Of a stretch of DNA of 64,000 nt, positions 1 to 12,720 are shown one piece after another. A program made the position numbers and the translations under genes. This DNA is from Squalus acanthias (Eukaryota). The stretch covers positions 27,158,001 through 27,222,000 of the forward strand of contig CM059433.1 in the NCBI GenBank assembly GCA_030390025.1. Reading direction: 5' to 3'. The notes beneath the pieces are model-generated. The model did not search any database and had not been told where the DNA came from. It saw only the letters and a list, made by a program, of their open reading frames with translations. Every line of letters starts with the position of its first letter. Within the stretch, counting starts at the first letter, position 1.

Positions 1-1255
1 GCAACATGCTGCTGTGTGTCAGCCTGCACACTCCACACCTTCAGTGGAAGTGGGTGAGTGGAGCCCATATATATTGCTCCACGAAAATTGCGTCTAATCA
101 GCGCTTGAGTGCTAAACCTGCAGGTGTCTCTGTTTTAGCACCTCCAGGCAAGTTCAAATTATGGTAATCAGCAATTAGGACCAAAATTGCATGCTAAAAC
201 CAGACTTTCAAACAGGCGTGTCTTATCAGCACAGTACCCATTTAGCGCCTGTTTTCACTCTTTCACCAAAATAACCCCCACAAAGTCTGACAGGAGGGGG
301 CGTGGACGTTTCTTCTACCTGCCCGCCTCCATTGTGACATCACTGTAAGAGGCGGCACATTCTGTGCGATCAAATCCTGTCAGTTCCACCCACTATATAG
401 GCAGCCTGCATGATGCAAACGTATTTGCTGTACAATAGCCATAAGTGAGGCCAAGAGACTTCGACTGCCATTACGAAAGCAGTAACTTAGCTAAGGATAT
501 GGTCAGGATCAACTATCTTTTTTGGGCAATTCGGCCAGGCTGCAGAGAATTCCAGACCCTGTGGAGTGAACCCCAGAGAGCACCATAAATGCTGCGAGTA
601 TCAATCCCTTCTATGCTAATGACTCCTTCGCCGAGATTGGGGACACGATCAATGCCAGGCAGGCTGCTGGGTGGAAGTTCTGCCCCATCACATTTCCAGA
701 GGCCAGAGGAATTTCCATGCCAGGTAACATATATGTTTAATTTTAACCTAACTCCCTGGGCGGGAAACTCACGAAATCGGGTGGAATGCTGGTGCTACAC
801 CTCGCCCAGTACCGCTCACACTGACACCAATGGTGAGTAAAATCGGGCAGGGTGTAAAACCAGCGTTGCACCAATCCCGTCAGTATCCCGACGGTCGGGT
901 TAGGTTAAAATGACCTCCATAGTGTGTGCATGTTAAATTCATAGAAGATACAGACGTCGCAACATACTGCGTTTTTTTTACCATGGTGCTGATGGTCCAA
1001 ATGAAATAAAAAATAGATCCCTGGGCAGTGGGTCATGCTTCATTTGCTGTTCGGCTTGGGATTACTCTCCATTTCCCCCTGAATTCATACCTCTGCAGTA
1101 CATTTTCACGCTAATATGAGATCAAACTATAGAATTTGATGTTTACACTGCCAAGGTTGTACTGGAGTAGTCAATCTGGGTACAAATTGGCCCATGTAAA
1201 CATGTTATTACTAGCTCAAGTACTAGGAAATCTCTCCTCTGCCTATGAAAGTATA

Positions 1256-1480
1256 TGATGTGGAGATGCCGGCGTTGGACTGGGGTGGACAAAAATGAGA
1301 AGTCGCACAACACCAGGTTATAGTCCAACAGATTTATTTAAAATTACAAGCTTTCGGAGCTGTTGCCCCTTCCTCAGGTAGAGTAGCTACTCTACCTGAG
1401 GAAGGGGCGACAGCTCCGAAAGCTTGTAATTTTAAATAAATCTGTTGGACTATAACCTGGTGTTGTGCGACTTCTCATTT
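1256..1480. mobile_element. Penelope-derived fold-back element (inverted pseudo-LTR ends plus one-sided ~35-nt tail)
   Basis: Near-perfect palindrome 1293-1480 centred at 1386/1387; arms match the Penelope 3' end at 2790-2915; flanked by tatgaaagtata at 1244-1255 and 1480-1491. Confidence 0.85.
1393..1428 (+). ncRNA. Minimal type I hammerhead ribozyme motif (mirror copy on minus strand 1345-1380)
   Basis: TAC-CTGAGGA-AGGGGCGACAGCTCC-GAAA-GCTT-GTA: CUGAnGA/GAAA core, stems I and II, palindromic stem III. Confidence 0.75.
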
Positions 1481-1491
1481 ATGAAAGTATA

Positions 1492-2914
1492 GGCATCAAA
1501 CTCACCATGGACCACTCCTCAGAATCGGTTTCATTCTTGGACACACGAATCTCCATCAAAGACGGACACCTCAGCACTTCACTCTACCGCAAGCCCACGG
1601 ACAACCTCACGATGCTCCACTTCTCCAGCTTCCACCCTAACCACGTTAAAGAAGCCATCCCCTATGGACAAGCCCTGCGAATACACAGGATCGAGGAGGA
1701 ACGCGATGGACACCTACGGACGCTGAAAAACGCCCTCGTAAGAACGGGATATGACGCTCGACTCGTCGATCGACAGTTCCGACGAGCCACAGTGAAAAAT
1801 CGCATAGACCTCCTCAGAAGGCGAACATGGGACACAACCAACAGAGTACCCTACGTCGTCCAGTACTTCCCCGGAGCGGAGAAACTACGCCATGTTCTTC
1901 GCAGCCTTCAACATGTCATCGATGACGACGAACACCTCGCTAAGGCCATCCCCACGCCTCCACTACTCGCCTTCAAGCAGCCGCCTAACCTCAAAAGCAC
2001 CATCGTTCGCAGCAAATTACCCAGCTGTCAGGAGAACAGCAACCACGACACCACACAACCCTGCCACGGCAACCTCTGCAAGACATGCCAGATCATCAAC
2101 ACAGATACCATCATCACACGTGAGGACACTGCCCACCAGGTACATGGTACATACTCATGTGACTCGGCCAACGTTGTCTACCTCATACGTTGCAGGAAAG
2201 GATGCACCGGAGCATGGTACATCGGCGAGACCATGCAGACACTGCGACAACGTATGAACGGACACCGCGCAACAATCGCCAGGCAGGATTGTTACCTCCC
2301 AGTCGGGGAACACTTCAGCAGTCAAGGACATTCAGCCTCAGATCTGCGGGTAAGCGTTCTCCAAGGCGGCCTTCGAGACACACGACAACGTAAAATCATC
2401 GAGCAGAAACTGATAGCCAAGTTCCGCACCCATGAGGACGGCCTCAACTGGGATCTTGGGTTCATGTCACGCTACATGACGTAGAGTCATCCAGACTCGA
2501 GTCGTCGTTGGCTTGTTCACAGATGTGATTTCCAGTTTAAAAAAAAAGTAAAAAGCTTAACCATACAGACTGCAGCATTTGACACGTTGGACCCCCTGTG
2601 ACCCCACCTCATTGTCTTAGCTGTATTTTGCTGTGTCTTTGATGTAATGCCTTCCTGACTGGCCTGATTGTCTCTCTGCCGAGGTGTGATGGAGGGCAGT
2701 CAGAAAGATTTACTGTAGTCGTCTGACATTGTACACTACACAGGCATTGTTCTCTGTCTATATATGCATTGCTGATTTGTATTCCTTCACTTTACCTGAC
2801 GAAGGAGCAGCGCTCCGAAAGCTCATGATTTCAAATAAAACTGTTGGACTATAACCTGGTGTTGTGCGACTTCTCATTTTTGTCCACCCCAGTCCAACAA
2901 CGGCATCTCCGCAT
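1492..2914 (+). mobile_element. 5'-truncated Penelope-like retroelement: RT C-terminus, GIY-YIG endonuclease, 3' pseudo-LTR
   Basis: ORF 1465-2484: SFLD...TSLYRKPTD RT end, CHGNLCKTC Zn motif, NVVY...WYIGET GIY-YIG motif. Confidence 0.92.
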
Positions 2915-3769
2915 TATGAAAATATATTCAGTCAGATCCAGAAATTAATACGATGACCATATTGATGAGCCTCTAGAGACTGAAAATAGTTTGAAAGCTT
3001 CAGTATATTACAACTCTTTGCTTAACAGCATCTCTGCAGTAGAATATGATATCTCTTTGCTTATTATGTTACTACTGCTATACATATTGCCACAGCAAAA
3101 TAAATATTCACAGAAATCTGCAGTTTAATTAACTTTTTGACTCTATGTAATAACAATAATAAAAGTTTTATTTTATACGACCATGCATTGTTTAAAGCCA
3201 CTTCTTCCCTCCCACCAGATGGTAAGAGAAATCCAGCCCTGCAGGGGCGAAGGGAAGCTCGCTGCAATTCCCCCTTCACTGAGGTTAAAATCAGTACGTG
3301 GTTGAGCAAAGGGAATCTGCCCCAGCGGCAAAAGAAGCGTCAGCACTGACGTCACCTGACGCGCACCTTGTTATAGGGTCGGGGAACGCGAAGCGCGGGC
3401 TTAACAAGGCCCATTAATGGAAAATCTTTTTCTAGGCGGGATGTAGACGCCAGCGGGCTCGTAGCCCGACAACAATCTCTCCCCTCCCGGTCCCGCCTCG
3501 GTCGGCAAGATCGCGGCCTTATTAAATATATCTGAATAATGCTTTTAAATTTGTCCTCTAGCATTTCTCAAATAATTTTGAAAACTGATTAGCAGATGAT
3601 AGAAGCTAGAGAAAAATATTCCTTTAGTACAGCTGACTGAAGGACATTGTTTGCATTCTGGGAATTTAGGTACACTGTGCAGGATTCATTCCTCCAATGA
3701 TTACACAACAAATAGACAAGGCAGAACTCTTGTACTGCCTAGAATAGAATATAATTTTGTTATTCATTG

Positions 3770-4266
3770 TCTATGTATTAAATGGCTTTAGAGAGGGTAC
3801 AGAAGAGATTTACTAGAATGGTTCCAGGGATGAGGGATTACAGTTACGTGGATAGACTGGAGAAGCTGGGGTTGTTCTCCTTAAAGGGAAGGCTATTAGG
3901 TTTGATAGGAGCGTTTAATATCATGAAGGGTTTAGACAGAGTAAATAAAGAGAAACTGTTTCCAATGGCTGAAGGGTCAATAACCAGACAGCACAGATTT
4001 AAGGAGATTGGCAAAAGAACCAGAGGCGACAGGTGGAAAAACCTTTTTATACAATGAGCGGTTAGTATTTAGAATTCACTGCCTGATAGGGTGGTGGATA
4101 CAGATTCAATAGCAGCTTTCAAGAGGGAAGTGGATAAGTACTTGAAGGAGAAATAATTGCAGGGATATGGGGAAAGAGCGGGGGAGTGGGACTAACTGGA
4201 TTGCTCTTTGAAAGATTTGATGGGCCGAATGGCCTCTTTCTGTGCTGTACTATTCTATGATTCTAT
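3770..4266 (+). mobile_element. CR1 LINE 3' fragment
   Basis: ALERVQKRFTRMVPGMRDYSYVDRLEKLGLFSL; (ttctatga)n tail. Confidence 0.85.
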
Positions 4267-4457
4267 ATGAAAAGAAAAATTACTATTTTTCACACATATG
4301 CAACATGGCACAACTAAGAGATATTGGGTTAAAGTTTACGAATGCTTTCAGTGCATAGCATTGCATGGAATGTGTATCAGGAATTCAGGTCTGGAGGTCA
4401 GCACACTCCACACAATTTCCCGATATATGCTCCCATCATGCGGAGTACTAATATGTA

Positions 4458-4720
4458 GAAAAGCAAAATACTGCAGATGCTGGAAATCTGAAATAAAAAC
4501 AGAGAATGCTGGAAATACTCAGCAGGTCAGGCAGCATCTGTAGAGAGAGAAACAGAGTTAACGTTTCAGGTCGATGACCCTTCGTCAGAACTGGAAAAAG
4601 TTAGAGATGTAACAGATTCTTAAGCAAGTGTAGGGGCAGGGAGAGGGGGGAGGGGAGGAAAGAACAAATGGGAAGGTCTGTGATAGGATGGAAGGCAGGA
4701 GAGATTAAAAGACAAAAGGG
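4458..4720 (-). mobile_element. Penelope-like pseudo-LTR (second family) with hammerhead motif at 4556-4592
   Basis: Minus strand AGTT-CTGACGA-AGGGTCATCGACCT-GAAA-CGTT-AACT. Confidence 0.75.
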
Positions 4721-6160
4721 ATGGGCTTACCGGCCAATTAACAGGAAGCGGGTCTGATGACGTCATCTGATGACGCGTCAACTGCCGGTTTCCTTAAAGG
4801 GACCATACACAATTTTATTTTGACAGTTGATTTTTCAGTGTTTGACAGCATTGAGATGCTGAAAACACTGACAATCACTGCACAATGGTGAACTCTTGCA
4901 CGCAGGCTCTCCAATGACTCCCTCCATATGCTTATGGAGGGAGTCACAGTACGCAGGGAGGTTCTCTTCCCTTCCAAGGGTGGAACAGATATCCCCAGGA
5001 CACCAACTTACCTTGCACCTCCACCCAACCCTCTCTATCTACTTTATCACTTCCCCATCTCACTAGCCATCCCTCACACTCACCCTCATTCTACTGCAAG
5101 CATACCAACTAACAACACACAAGGGTGGGCACTTGAGAGGTTTAGCCAATGTCCATGTGAAGTTTCTGATAATGTGTTGTCATACAGTGAAATCTCGTTT
5201 TCAAAAAGTGCCCCTTATTGGACAGATCTGAGCGCACATTGAGAAGTGTCTTACTGAGTTCCAGTGATTGTTAAGTCAAAACTCTCCCCCCCGACCCGCT
5301 ATAGTGATGTGTGTGCATGGAATGGCTGGACATTAAAGGGATGCTTCACGGTGCTGGTGTGGGATGGTGTCAACCTGGCGCATCATGTGCCCAGGGTTTA
5401 CAGCATCAAGTGAAGAAATTCTGGCCATGGTGATGCCATCGCTGGCCTCCCGGCCAGCAATTTTGTCAGAGGCTGATGCCCTGTGTCCAGTGCAGCATCA
5501 GGTGATGGCGGCGAAGGTTGGTGATGAGGTTGGTGATGTTGGTGTGCCTGGTGATGTTGGTGTTGGGGATGATTGTGGAAGGATTCGGAGGACCAAGGTC
5601 TGATTGTTTCATTGGCTCCGATGTTGCTGGAATAGATGGCAGCTGCAGGTGAGATGACAGAAGCGATCTGTCACTGGTGAGAGGTTCTCCAAATGAGGTG
5701 GCACTGGACATACAGTTGGATTAAAAAACTTGTAAAGAAATCTGTATATGTATTAAAAATGCTGTAACCAACATTTTCTTTGCTCTGAAACTCACCATGT
5801 GCAACATGGCATCCTTAACACCACTTCTGCAGCTGTCATCTTTTCACAAACACCAGACCAGACTCACAACACGCCACACTTACCTGGCGTGTTGTCCGGA
5901 CGTCGTAAAACCTGACCCAGAAGCTGGAAAATCGAAAAAGACCCTGAAAACTGCTCACAAGTACCTGTTAATAGGCAGTTAATTGCCTTTAATCCGTTTC
6001 CCGCTGCTAGGTGTCGGGTCCATTCGCAAATCGGGGACCCGACACTTGGGAAGGTTGCGTGGAGGCGGGATGACGGCGGGTGAGGAACCCAGCGTCAATC
6101 AAAACGACTTTAACCTCTGACCCGCCTCCAAACTCACCCTCTGAGCGCCGGCAATATCGC
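4720..6160 (+). mobile_element. Degraded Harbinger-like DNA transposon relic (Myb fragment near 4885-5000)
   Basis: LMEGVTVRREVLFP resembles the Myb/SANT N-termini at 52591 and 60308; GC-rich ends with tgacgtca. Confidence 0.45.
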
Positions 6161-6169
6161 TGCCTAAAA

Positions 6170-6520
6170 GTTGGTAGTGTATCAGTAAAAGTGACCATGA
6201 AGTTGTTGGATTGACATAAAAACCCAACTGGTTTACTCATGTCTTTTAGGGAAGGGAGCCTGTCATCCTGATCCAGAGTTGGCCTGGTGACTCCAGACCA
6301 TCAGCAATGTGGCTGTGATTCTTAACAGCCCTCTGAAGTGGCCTAGAAAGCCCCTCAGTTGTATCAAACTGCTACGAAGAATAACAAGATTAAAACCTGA
6401 CTGACACCACACAGACTGTAGCGGTTTAAGAAGGAGGTTCACCACAACCTTCTCAAGAGCAACTAAGGATGTGCCATAAATGCCAGCCTTGCCAGTGCCA
6501 CCCACAACCCGAGAATGATT
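6170..6520 (+). mobile_element. Non-autonomous bipartite LINE derivative (5' end joined to 3' end of the LINE family at 18475-21595)
   Basis: 5' half resembles the reverse complement of 21440-21595; 3' half resembles the reverse complement of 18475-18590. Confidence 0.6.
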
Positions 6521-6888
6521 TTTTAAAAACCCTGGATTTTTTTGCAGTAAAAAAACGATTTCTTCCTGAATTTAAGGAAAAAATCTTCCCGAACTTAGCA
6601 AAAATCTGGTCTGGAAATGCACATACATTGCATCCGTGATGTCAGTATGCTCGTTGCATGCTATGCGTGCCTTGGTGGCATCATGGATTTGATGCGCGTG
6701 TACCTTTGGATCAGATTTTCGCAAGGAAAAGAAAGGAGGGCTGTGCAATTTGGATTTTTTTTTAAGGAGATCCGGATCATTTTTAGGTACTGCTCCAAGG
6801 ACAATAGTCTTTGTACTGCAGCCTTTTACCAGTCTATCATTCCTAGTTACTTATAGAGGAAGGACATCAGTGCACTGACACAGTTACT

Positions 6889-7652
6889 GGGCCAAAAATT
6901 CGGCCCTTCCTGGGTGAGTACACAGTCCGTACTCACCCGTAATGCGTCCCGAAGTGCCGGTTTCCTGCATGCACTGTGCATGCGCGGGAAACCAGAACTT
7001 CCGGTATGGTGAAGGGGGCGGTTCCTAGGTGAACCGCGTGCACGGTAGAGGCTGCGCGCACGCAGCAAACTTAGATTTTTTTTTCAGGTTTCTACGCGAG
7101 GGTAAGTATTGAAGAAACTACGCTATTAAAAAGGAGGCGCAAGATCCGTTTTCAACAAGGTAAGTGGTTAATTAAGTGTAATTTTAAAAAATTTTCAACA
7201 GGTTTATCTTTTTTAGAAACTTTAAAGAAAGGTAAGTTTATTTTTATCACTTTTAAAAAGTATTTTAATTTTTTCAAAAATTTTAATTTTTGTTTAAAGT
7301 GGTTAATTTATTTAATTATAGTTATTTTATAAATGTGATGGTTTTTAAAAAATTTATTTTAAGTTTAGCTGTTCTTTTGGGGCTGATTTCAATTCACAGA
7401 TTTGACAGGTCTCCTGTCAAATCTATGAATGAAAGATGGTCTGCTGCCATTGGCTCTCCATGGCCCACGTGATCCCAGGGGACGCATCGCACTAACTACG
7501 CCCCTGGGACACGCAAGCACTGCGCGCCGGCTCTTGGAGCAGGACCAGGAGCTGAAGTTCCCGTGGGCCCAAAACACAACGGCAGGCGCGGTAGGTAATT
7601 GCGTGCGCGATCCTTACCCCCGCGGCAAGCCGGAGAGGCGAATTTCTGGGCC
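6889..7652. mobile_element. MITE (Harbinger-type, 3-bp TSD ACT)
   Basis: TIR gggccaaaaattc / gaatttctgggcc; ACT both sides; AT-rich core; related to 44545-45273. Confidence 0.7.
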
Positions 7653-8102
7653 ACTACGTTGATTGTCCCCTGATGACTGAGGTCATTAATCGAAGCCTGA
7701 CTCGGGTCACACACGAGGCATTGTTTACTAAAAGCAAGATCGCAACTGTTCCTTTCTGCACAATTCTTCAACAAATATTATTATTCCACTATCATAGTGG
7801 CAGATAAGTGTTTGGAGCCACAAAAATAAACAACTTTACTTTGATTTTAAAAAGCTATCCAGGTGTTAAATGGTCATCAGATGATGGCCCTCCATATAAG
7901 TAGTGTCCGTGATCTAAGTGAATTACTGTAAAATTTCCTTTGGCCTGATTGTACTTATCTTTCAGATTTCTTGAGTTTTAGCATTGTTTGGAATAAATGT
8001 TTTTTACCTGATTTTCACAGAATTTATCCCGGTTTTAAGGGCTCAATTTTTATCATGTGATTTTCTCCTGTTTTTAACACTAAAAATGAAAACTGAAACA
8101 AA

Positions 8103-8694
8103 ACAACAACAACAACAACTTGTATTTATATAGCACCTTTAACATAGTAAAACGTCCCAAGGCGTTTCACAGGAGTATTATAAGACAATAAATTTGACAC
8201 CAAGCCACATAAGGAGAAATTAGGGCAGATGACCAAAAGCTTGGTCAAAGAGATAGGTTTTAAGGAGCGTCTTAAAGGAGGAAAGAGAGGTAGAGAGGTG
8301 GAGAGGTTTAGGCAGGGAATTCCAGAGCCTAGGCAACAGAAGGCATGGCCATCAATGGTTGAGCGATTATAATCAGGGATGTTCAAGAGGGCAGAATTAG
8401 AGGAGCACAGATATCTTGGGGGGTTGTGGGGCTGGAGGAGAATACAGAGTTAGGGAGGGGCGAGGCCATGGAGGGATTTGAAAACAAGGATGAGAATTTT
8501 TAAATCGAGGCGTTGCTTAACTGGGAGCCAATGTAGGTCAGCGAGCACAGGGGTGATGGGTGAACGGGACTTGGTGTGAGTTAGGACATGGGCAGCCGGG
8601 TTTTGGATGTCCTCAAGTTTACGTAGGGTAGAACGTGGGAGGTCAGCCAGGAGTGTGTTGGAATAGTCAAGTCTAGAGGTAACAAAGGCATGGA
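8103..8694 (-). mobile_element. L2 LINE 3' fragment
   Basis: HAFVTSRLDYSNTLL...ITPVLADLHWLPV; (ttg)n tail. Confidence 0.88.
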
Positions 8695-9558
8695 AAAGCA
8701 AACAAAAAGAAAAAAAAAAACCTGGGCTTAAACATGGCAAATAAAAACTGAATTTAAAATATCTTTAGTTATGTGCTATAACAATTTATGAACCATAAAT
8801 ATTTCCAACATTTTTAATGAAACAATTTAGCCTCCTGACGAAATTTGCTATCTAGTCCAATAGTGCAAAGTTGGCAAACTGATATGAAGAGAATCACCCA
8901 CTCTAATATTACAATATTTCCTAGTGTTTGTAGGTATTAACTTAAATATTTATGCCTAACATACAAGGCGATTGGATAGAAATGCTCACACCATTGTTAG
9001 CAATGACATCTGATAGTAATTTATTTCTACAATAGCTCAAAAGCAAAGATCATCCTGTGATTTACAACTTCAAATCATTGGCTCTGGCAATTAGTAGTGC
9101 TACAACTGAAGGTCATGCGTCATTCGCCTTCAGATGGGCCTTCCCTTTGTTCCAGGCACAAGTGAGGATAACTCTGTGCCTAAAAGGACTAACAGGATCC
9201 AGTCTTACAATGCTCTGTAATCATGATTTGTGCACCTGGATTAAACTAAGGTAATATTATTTTTGACCAAGTGAAAAGAACCAGAGGAACAAAGGAGAAT
9301 GGAAAATAGTATAATACCATGTTAAATGATCATGTACCATAAATTCTAGAAAAATAAATGTCATATTAATGTTCAATTATTGTACACATTAAAATCCAGG
9401 GAATTAACGATGATTGTTTGTAAGAGTGCTCACTAAGATTTTATAATGAGATTTCAAGTGTAAAGATATAAAAATATTAGACACTTCTACATGAATTAAG
9501 AATTGCTTATCAACAGTCTAAACTATTTGTTTATGTAGAATTATAATTAAGACTTATG

Positions 9559-9716
9559 GGGGGGTTAAAATTGGTCTTTGGCGGTAGTGCCAAAATGGGC
9601 AATAATGAACCGGTAGCTCACTTTACCCCCAGCCTGAAAATTAGACAGAGTGTAAAACATGCTGACGATTCGTTATCACCCAATTTGCACTACTGCTGAA
9701 GGCCCATTTCACCCCG
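9559..9716. mobile_element. Short palindromic MITE (related copies near 13150-13267 and 34070-34210)
   Basis: gggg..aaaattggtc / ccatttcacccc termini with internal inverted symmetry. Confidence 0.5.
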
Positions 9717-9792
9717 ATGGCATCTGAGGAAAGAAGCAGTACAGTATATCTATGAGTTGAATTTCTAATTAGTATGTCTTAAATGTACTTAC

Positions 9793-9846
9793 AGGCCGTC
9801 CTGCCATTCCATCCGATCCTGGGAGACCAACCTTTCCAGGTTCTCC
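9793..9846 (-). CDS. COL21A1: Collagen exon GEPGKVGLPGSDGMAGRP (last found in window)
   Basis: 54 bp, ttttttag|...|gtaagt. Confidence 0.85.
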
Positions 9847-10396
9847 CTAAAAAATAAGAAACACAGGTTATTTTTGAATTTTTTTCATGATTTCTTTACA
9901 GGACCTTTAACAATATAATCCAAACCAGCTGCCACATAGGATTACCCCTTCACCAAAGCTAAATAAAGTGAGAATATTAAACAATTAATATTATATGCGT
10001 CAGTAGCAAGCCACACTCATCGGGACTTTTTACTCCATATTTATTTTCTGATGCTATATTGGTTATCGAAAGTTATTTGGTTTGGAAAAGGTGTATTTTA
10101 TCAGTAGTGGTAAATAATATTGTAAAATGCCAACTGCTGCATTGTCTGAGATCTGCTCACTAAATACAGATTGCCGACCAAACCTGGGATCCTCTAGTCA
10201 GTATGGTTTAGCACTAGATCACATATTAGGCCAGATTTTGCTGTCAAAATGGCCAATGGCATTATTTATGCACAAATGGTACAGCAACTTCAGGCGAGGG
10301 GCAGATGCGCGGTTGAAAGTTGCTGTCCGAGTTGCTCCACTCTGCTGGTAGCTTCGCGAAAACGCCATCTCATTGTCTGTCTCACCATTGAAATGC

Positions 10397-11115
10397 ATTG
10401 AATGGCCTAAAGTTTCTGTATTTGTGTAGTAGGTACAAACAGAGGCCATAAAGCGCGAGAGGAGCAGCGGAGAGCAGAGGCCATAAAGCGCGAGGAGTGG
10501 CGGAGAGCAGAGGCCATAAAGCGCGAGGAGTGGCGGAGAGCAGAGGCCATAAAGCGCGAGAGGAGTGGCGGAGAGCAGAGGCCATAAAGCGCGAGAGGAG
10601 TGGCGGAGAGCAGAGGCCATAAAGCGCGAGGAGTGGCGGAGAGCAGAGGCCATAAAGCGCGAGAGGAGTGGCGGAGAGCAGAGGCCATAAAGCGCGAGGA
10701 GTGGCGGAGAGCAGAGGCCTAATTGAATGGCCTAAAGTTTCTGTATGTGTTTAGTAGGTATGAACAGAGGCCACAAAGCGTGGGAGGAGTGGCAAGCAGA
10801 GGCCATAATGCGCAAGAGGAGCGGAGAGCAGAGGCCATAAAGCGCGAGAGGAGTGGTGGCGAGCAGAGGCCACAAAGGGTGGGAGAAGTGGTGGAGAACA
10901 GAGGCCATAAAGCGCAGGAGAACCGGCGGAGAGCAGAGGCCATAAAGCGCGAGAGGAGTGGCGGAGAACAGAGGCCACAAAGGGTGGGAGAAGCGGCGGA
11001 GAGCAGAGGCCATAAAGCGTGAGAGGAGTGGCGGAGAACAGAAGCCATAAAGGGTGGGAGAAGCGGCGGAAAACAGGGGCCATAAAGCATGGGAGGAGCG
11101 GCGGAGAGCAGAGGC
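10397..11115 (+). repeat. Minisatellite, ~33-35-bp unit (gcagaggccataaagcgcg[ag]aggagtggcggaga), two blocks
   Basis: Direct tandem copies; each block is headed by attgaatggcctaaagtttctgtat (10397, 10722). Confidence 0.92.
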
Positions 11116-11534
11116 TTGTTTGTGACACAGGGAAGAAGCTGAAAAAAAATTCTACATCTGAAAAAGTGACGTCACATAAGTGGTGGAGCCTGAAGAGCTA
11201 CAGCTAAGTAATTAATTTATTTCATAACTATGTCAAGTGTACAATTTATTATATAATTAAGTTTAGTGTTTAATTAATGAATCAGATCTAGGTGGATAAA
11301 ATTAAAATGAACTAAATAGAGGATAATAACATTAAAGGGTTCCGAATTTTCATTAAATTAAAATCTGACATATATAAATAATAAATAAGAGTTAAGTAAT
11401 TAACAAAATAAAGGAGCTAATAAACAAATAAACATGGAGCAGAGTAGAGTAAAAGCGCAGGAATCGGAGCAGTTTAAAAAGAAACCCCTAATTTTAATGA
11501 AATAATTAAATAAACAAAACAAGGTTATATAGGG

Positions 11535-11655
11535 ATGGCAGTGTAGGTGGTGTGCCTCAACTGCAGCATGTGGGAGTTTGTGGAGAGCATTGCGATCCCA
11601 GACAACCACATCTGCAGTAAGTGTCTGCAACTCGAGGAACTTCAGCTCAGATTGG
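11535..11655 (+). mobile_element. CR1 ORF1 N-terminal zinc-finger/leucine-zipper remnant
   Basis: VCLNCSMWE...HICSKCLQLEELQLRL. Confidence 0.7.
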
Positions 11656-11819
11656 AAGGCAGCAAACGTAACCTCGCTATTCAAGAAAGGAGGGAGAGGA
11701 AAAAGAGAAAGACTTGCATTTATATAGAGCCTTTCACGACCACCGGACATCTCAAAGCGCTTTACAGCCAATGAAGTACTTTTGAAGTGGAGTCACTGTT
11801 GTAATGTGGGAAAAAAAGA

Positions 11820-12720
11820 GGGAACTAGAGACCAGTTAGCCTGACATCAGTAGCAGGGAAAATGCAAGAATCTATTGGGGACGTGGTAACAGGGCACTTA
11901 GAAATTCATAATGATTGGGCCTAGTAAACGCAAATTTATGAAAGGGAGATCGTGTTTGACTTTTGAGGTTGTAACTAGCAGGGTAGATAAGGGGTAACCA
12001 GTGGCTGTAGCGTATTTGGATATTACATAAAATTAGGGCTGATGGGATTGGGGCTAATATATTAGCGTGGATTGAAGATTGGTTAATGGACAGAAAACAG
12101 AGAGTAGAAATAAACGGGTCATTTCGGGTTGGTAGGTTGTAACTAATGGGGTACCGCAAGAATCACTGCTTGGGCCTCAGCTATTTACAATCTATATCAA
12201 TGACTTAGATGAGGGGACCGAATGTAATGTACCCCAGTTTCTCTAGTCTCTCCACGTAACTGAAGTCTTTCATCCCAGGTACTATTCTAGTAAATCTGCT
12301 CTGCACCCTCCCTGAGGCTTTGACATCCTTCCTAAAGTTTGGTGCTCAGAATTGGACACAATACTCCAGCTGGAGTCTAACCAGTGGTTTATAAAGGTTT
12401 AGCATAACTTCCTTGCTTTGTACTCTATGCCTCTATTTATAAAATTGAGAGGTCGCACAACACCAGGTTATAGTCCAACAGTTTTATTTGAAATCACAAG
12501 CTTTCGGAGCTATCGATTGCTCCTTCCTCAGGTGAAGTAAATTAGATACAGAATCGCCAAACTATAACCTGGTGTTGTGCGACCTCTCAATTTTGTCCAC
12601 CCCAGTCCAACACCGGCATCTCCGCATCATGACCTCTATTTATAAAGCCAAGGATCCCATATGCTTTTTTAACAGCCTTGTCTACATACACCTCCAGGTC
12701 TCTCTGTTCCTGCACACCCG
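11820..12720. mobile_element. Degraded CR1 RT fragments (plus 11820-12235, minus 12240-12720)
   Basis: DNA similarity to CR1 at 32210-33120. Confidence 0.7.
12444..12632. mobile_element. Penelope-derived fold-back mini-element with intact hammerhead (minus 12494-12535)
   Basis: TSD cctctatttataaa 12430-12443 / 12633-12646; TCAC-CTGAGGA-stem II-GAAA-GCTT-GTGA. Confidence 0.85.

Noticed and set aside
9950..9970. Possible collagen micro-exon (ag-CTTTGGTGAAGGG-gtaat)
   Set aside because: 13 nt would break the frame, and the flanking 54-bp exons join directly in Gly-X-Y register
10438..11115. CRISPR-like array and repetitive ORFs
   Set aside because: No unique spacers, no cas genes, eukaryotic context; it is a minisatellite and the ORFs are by-products
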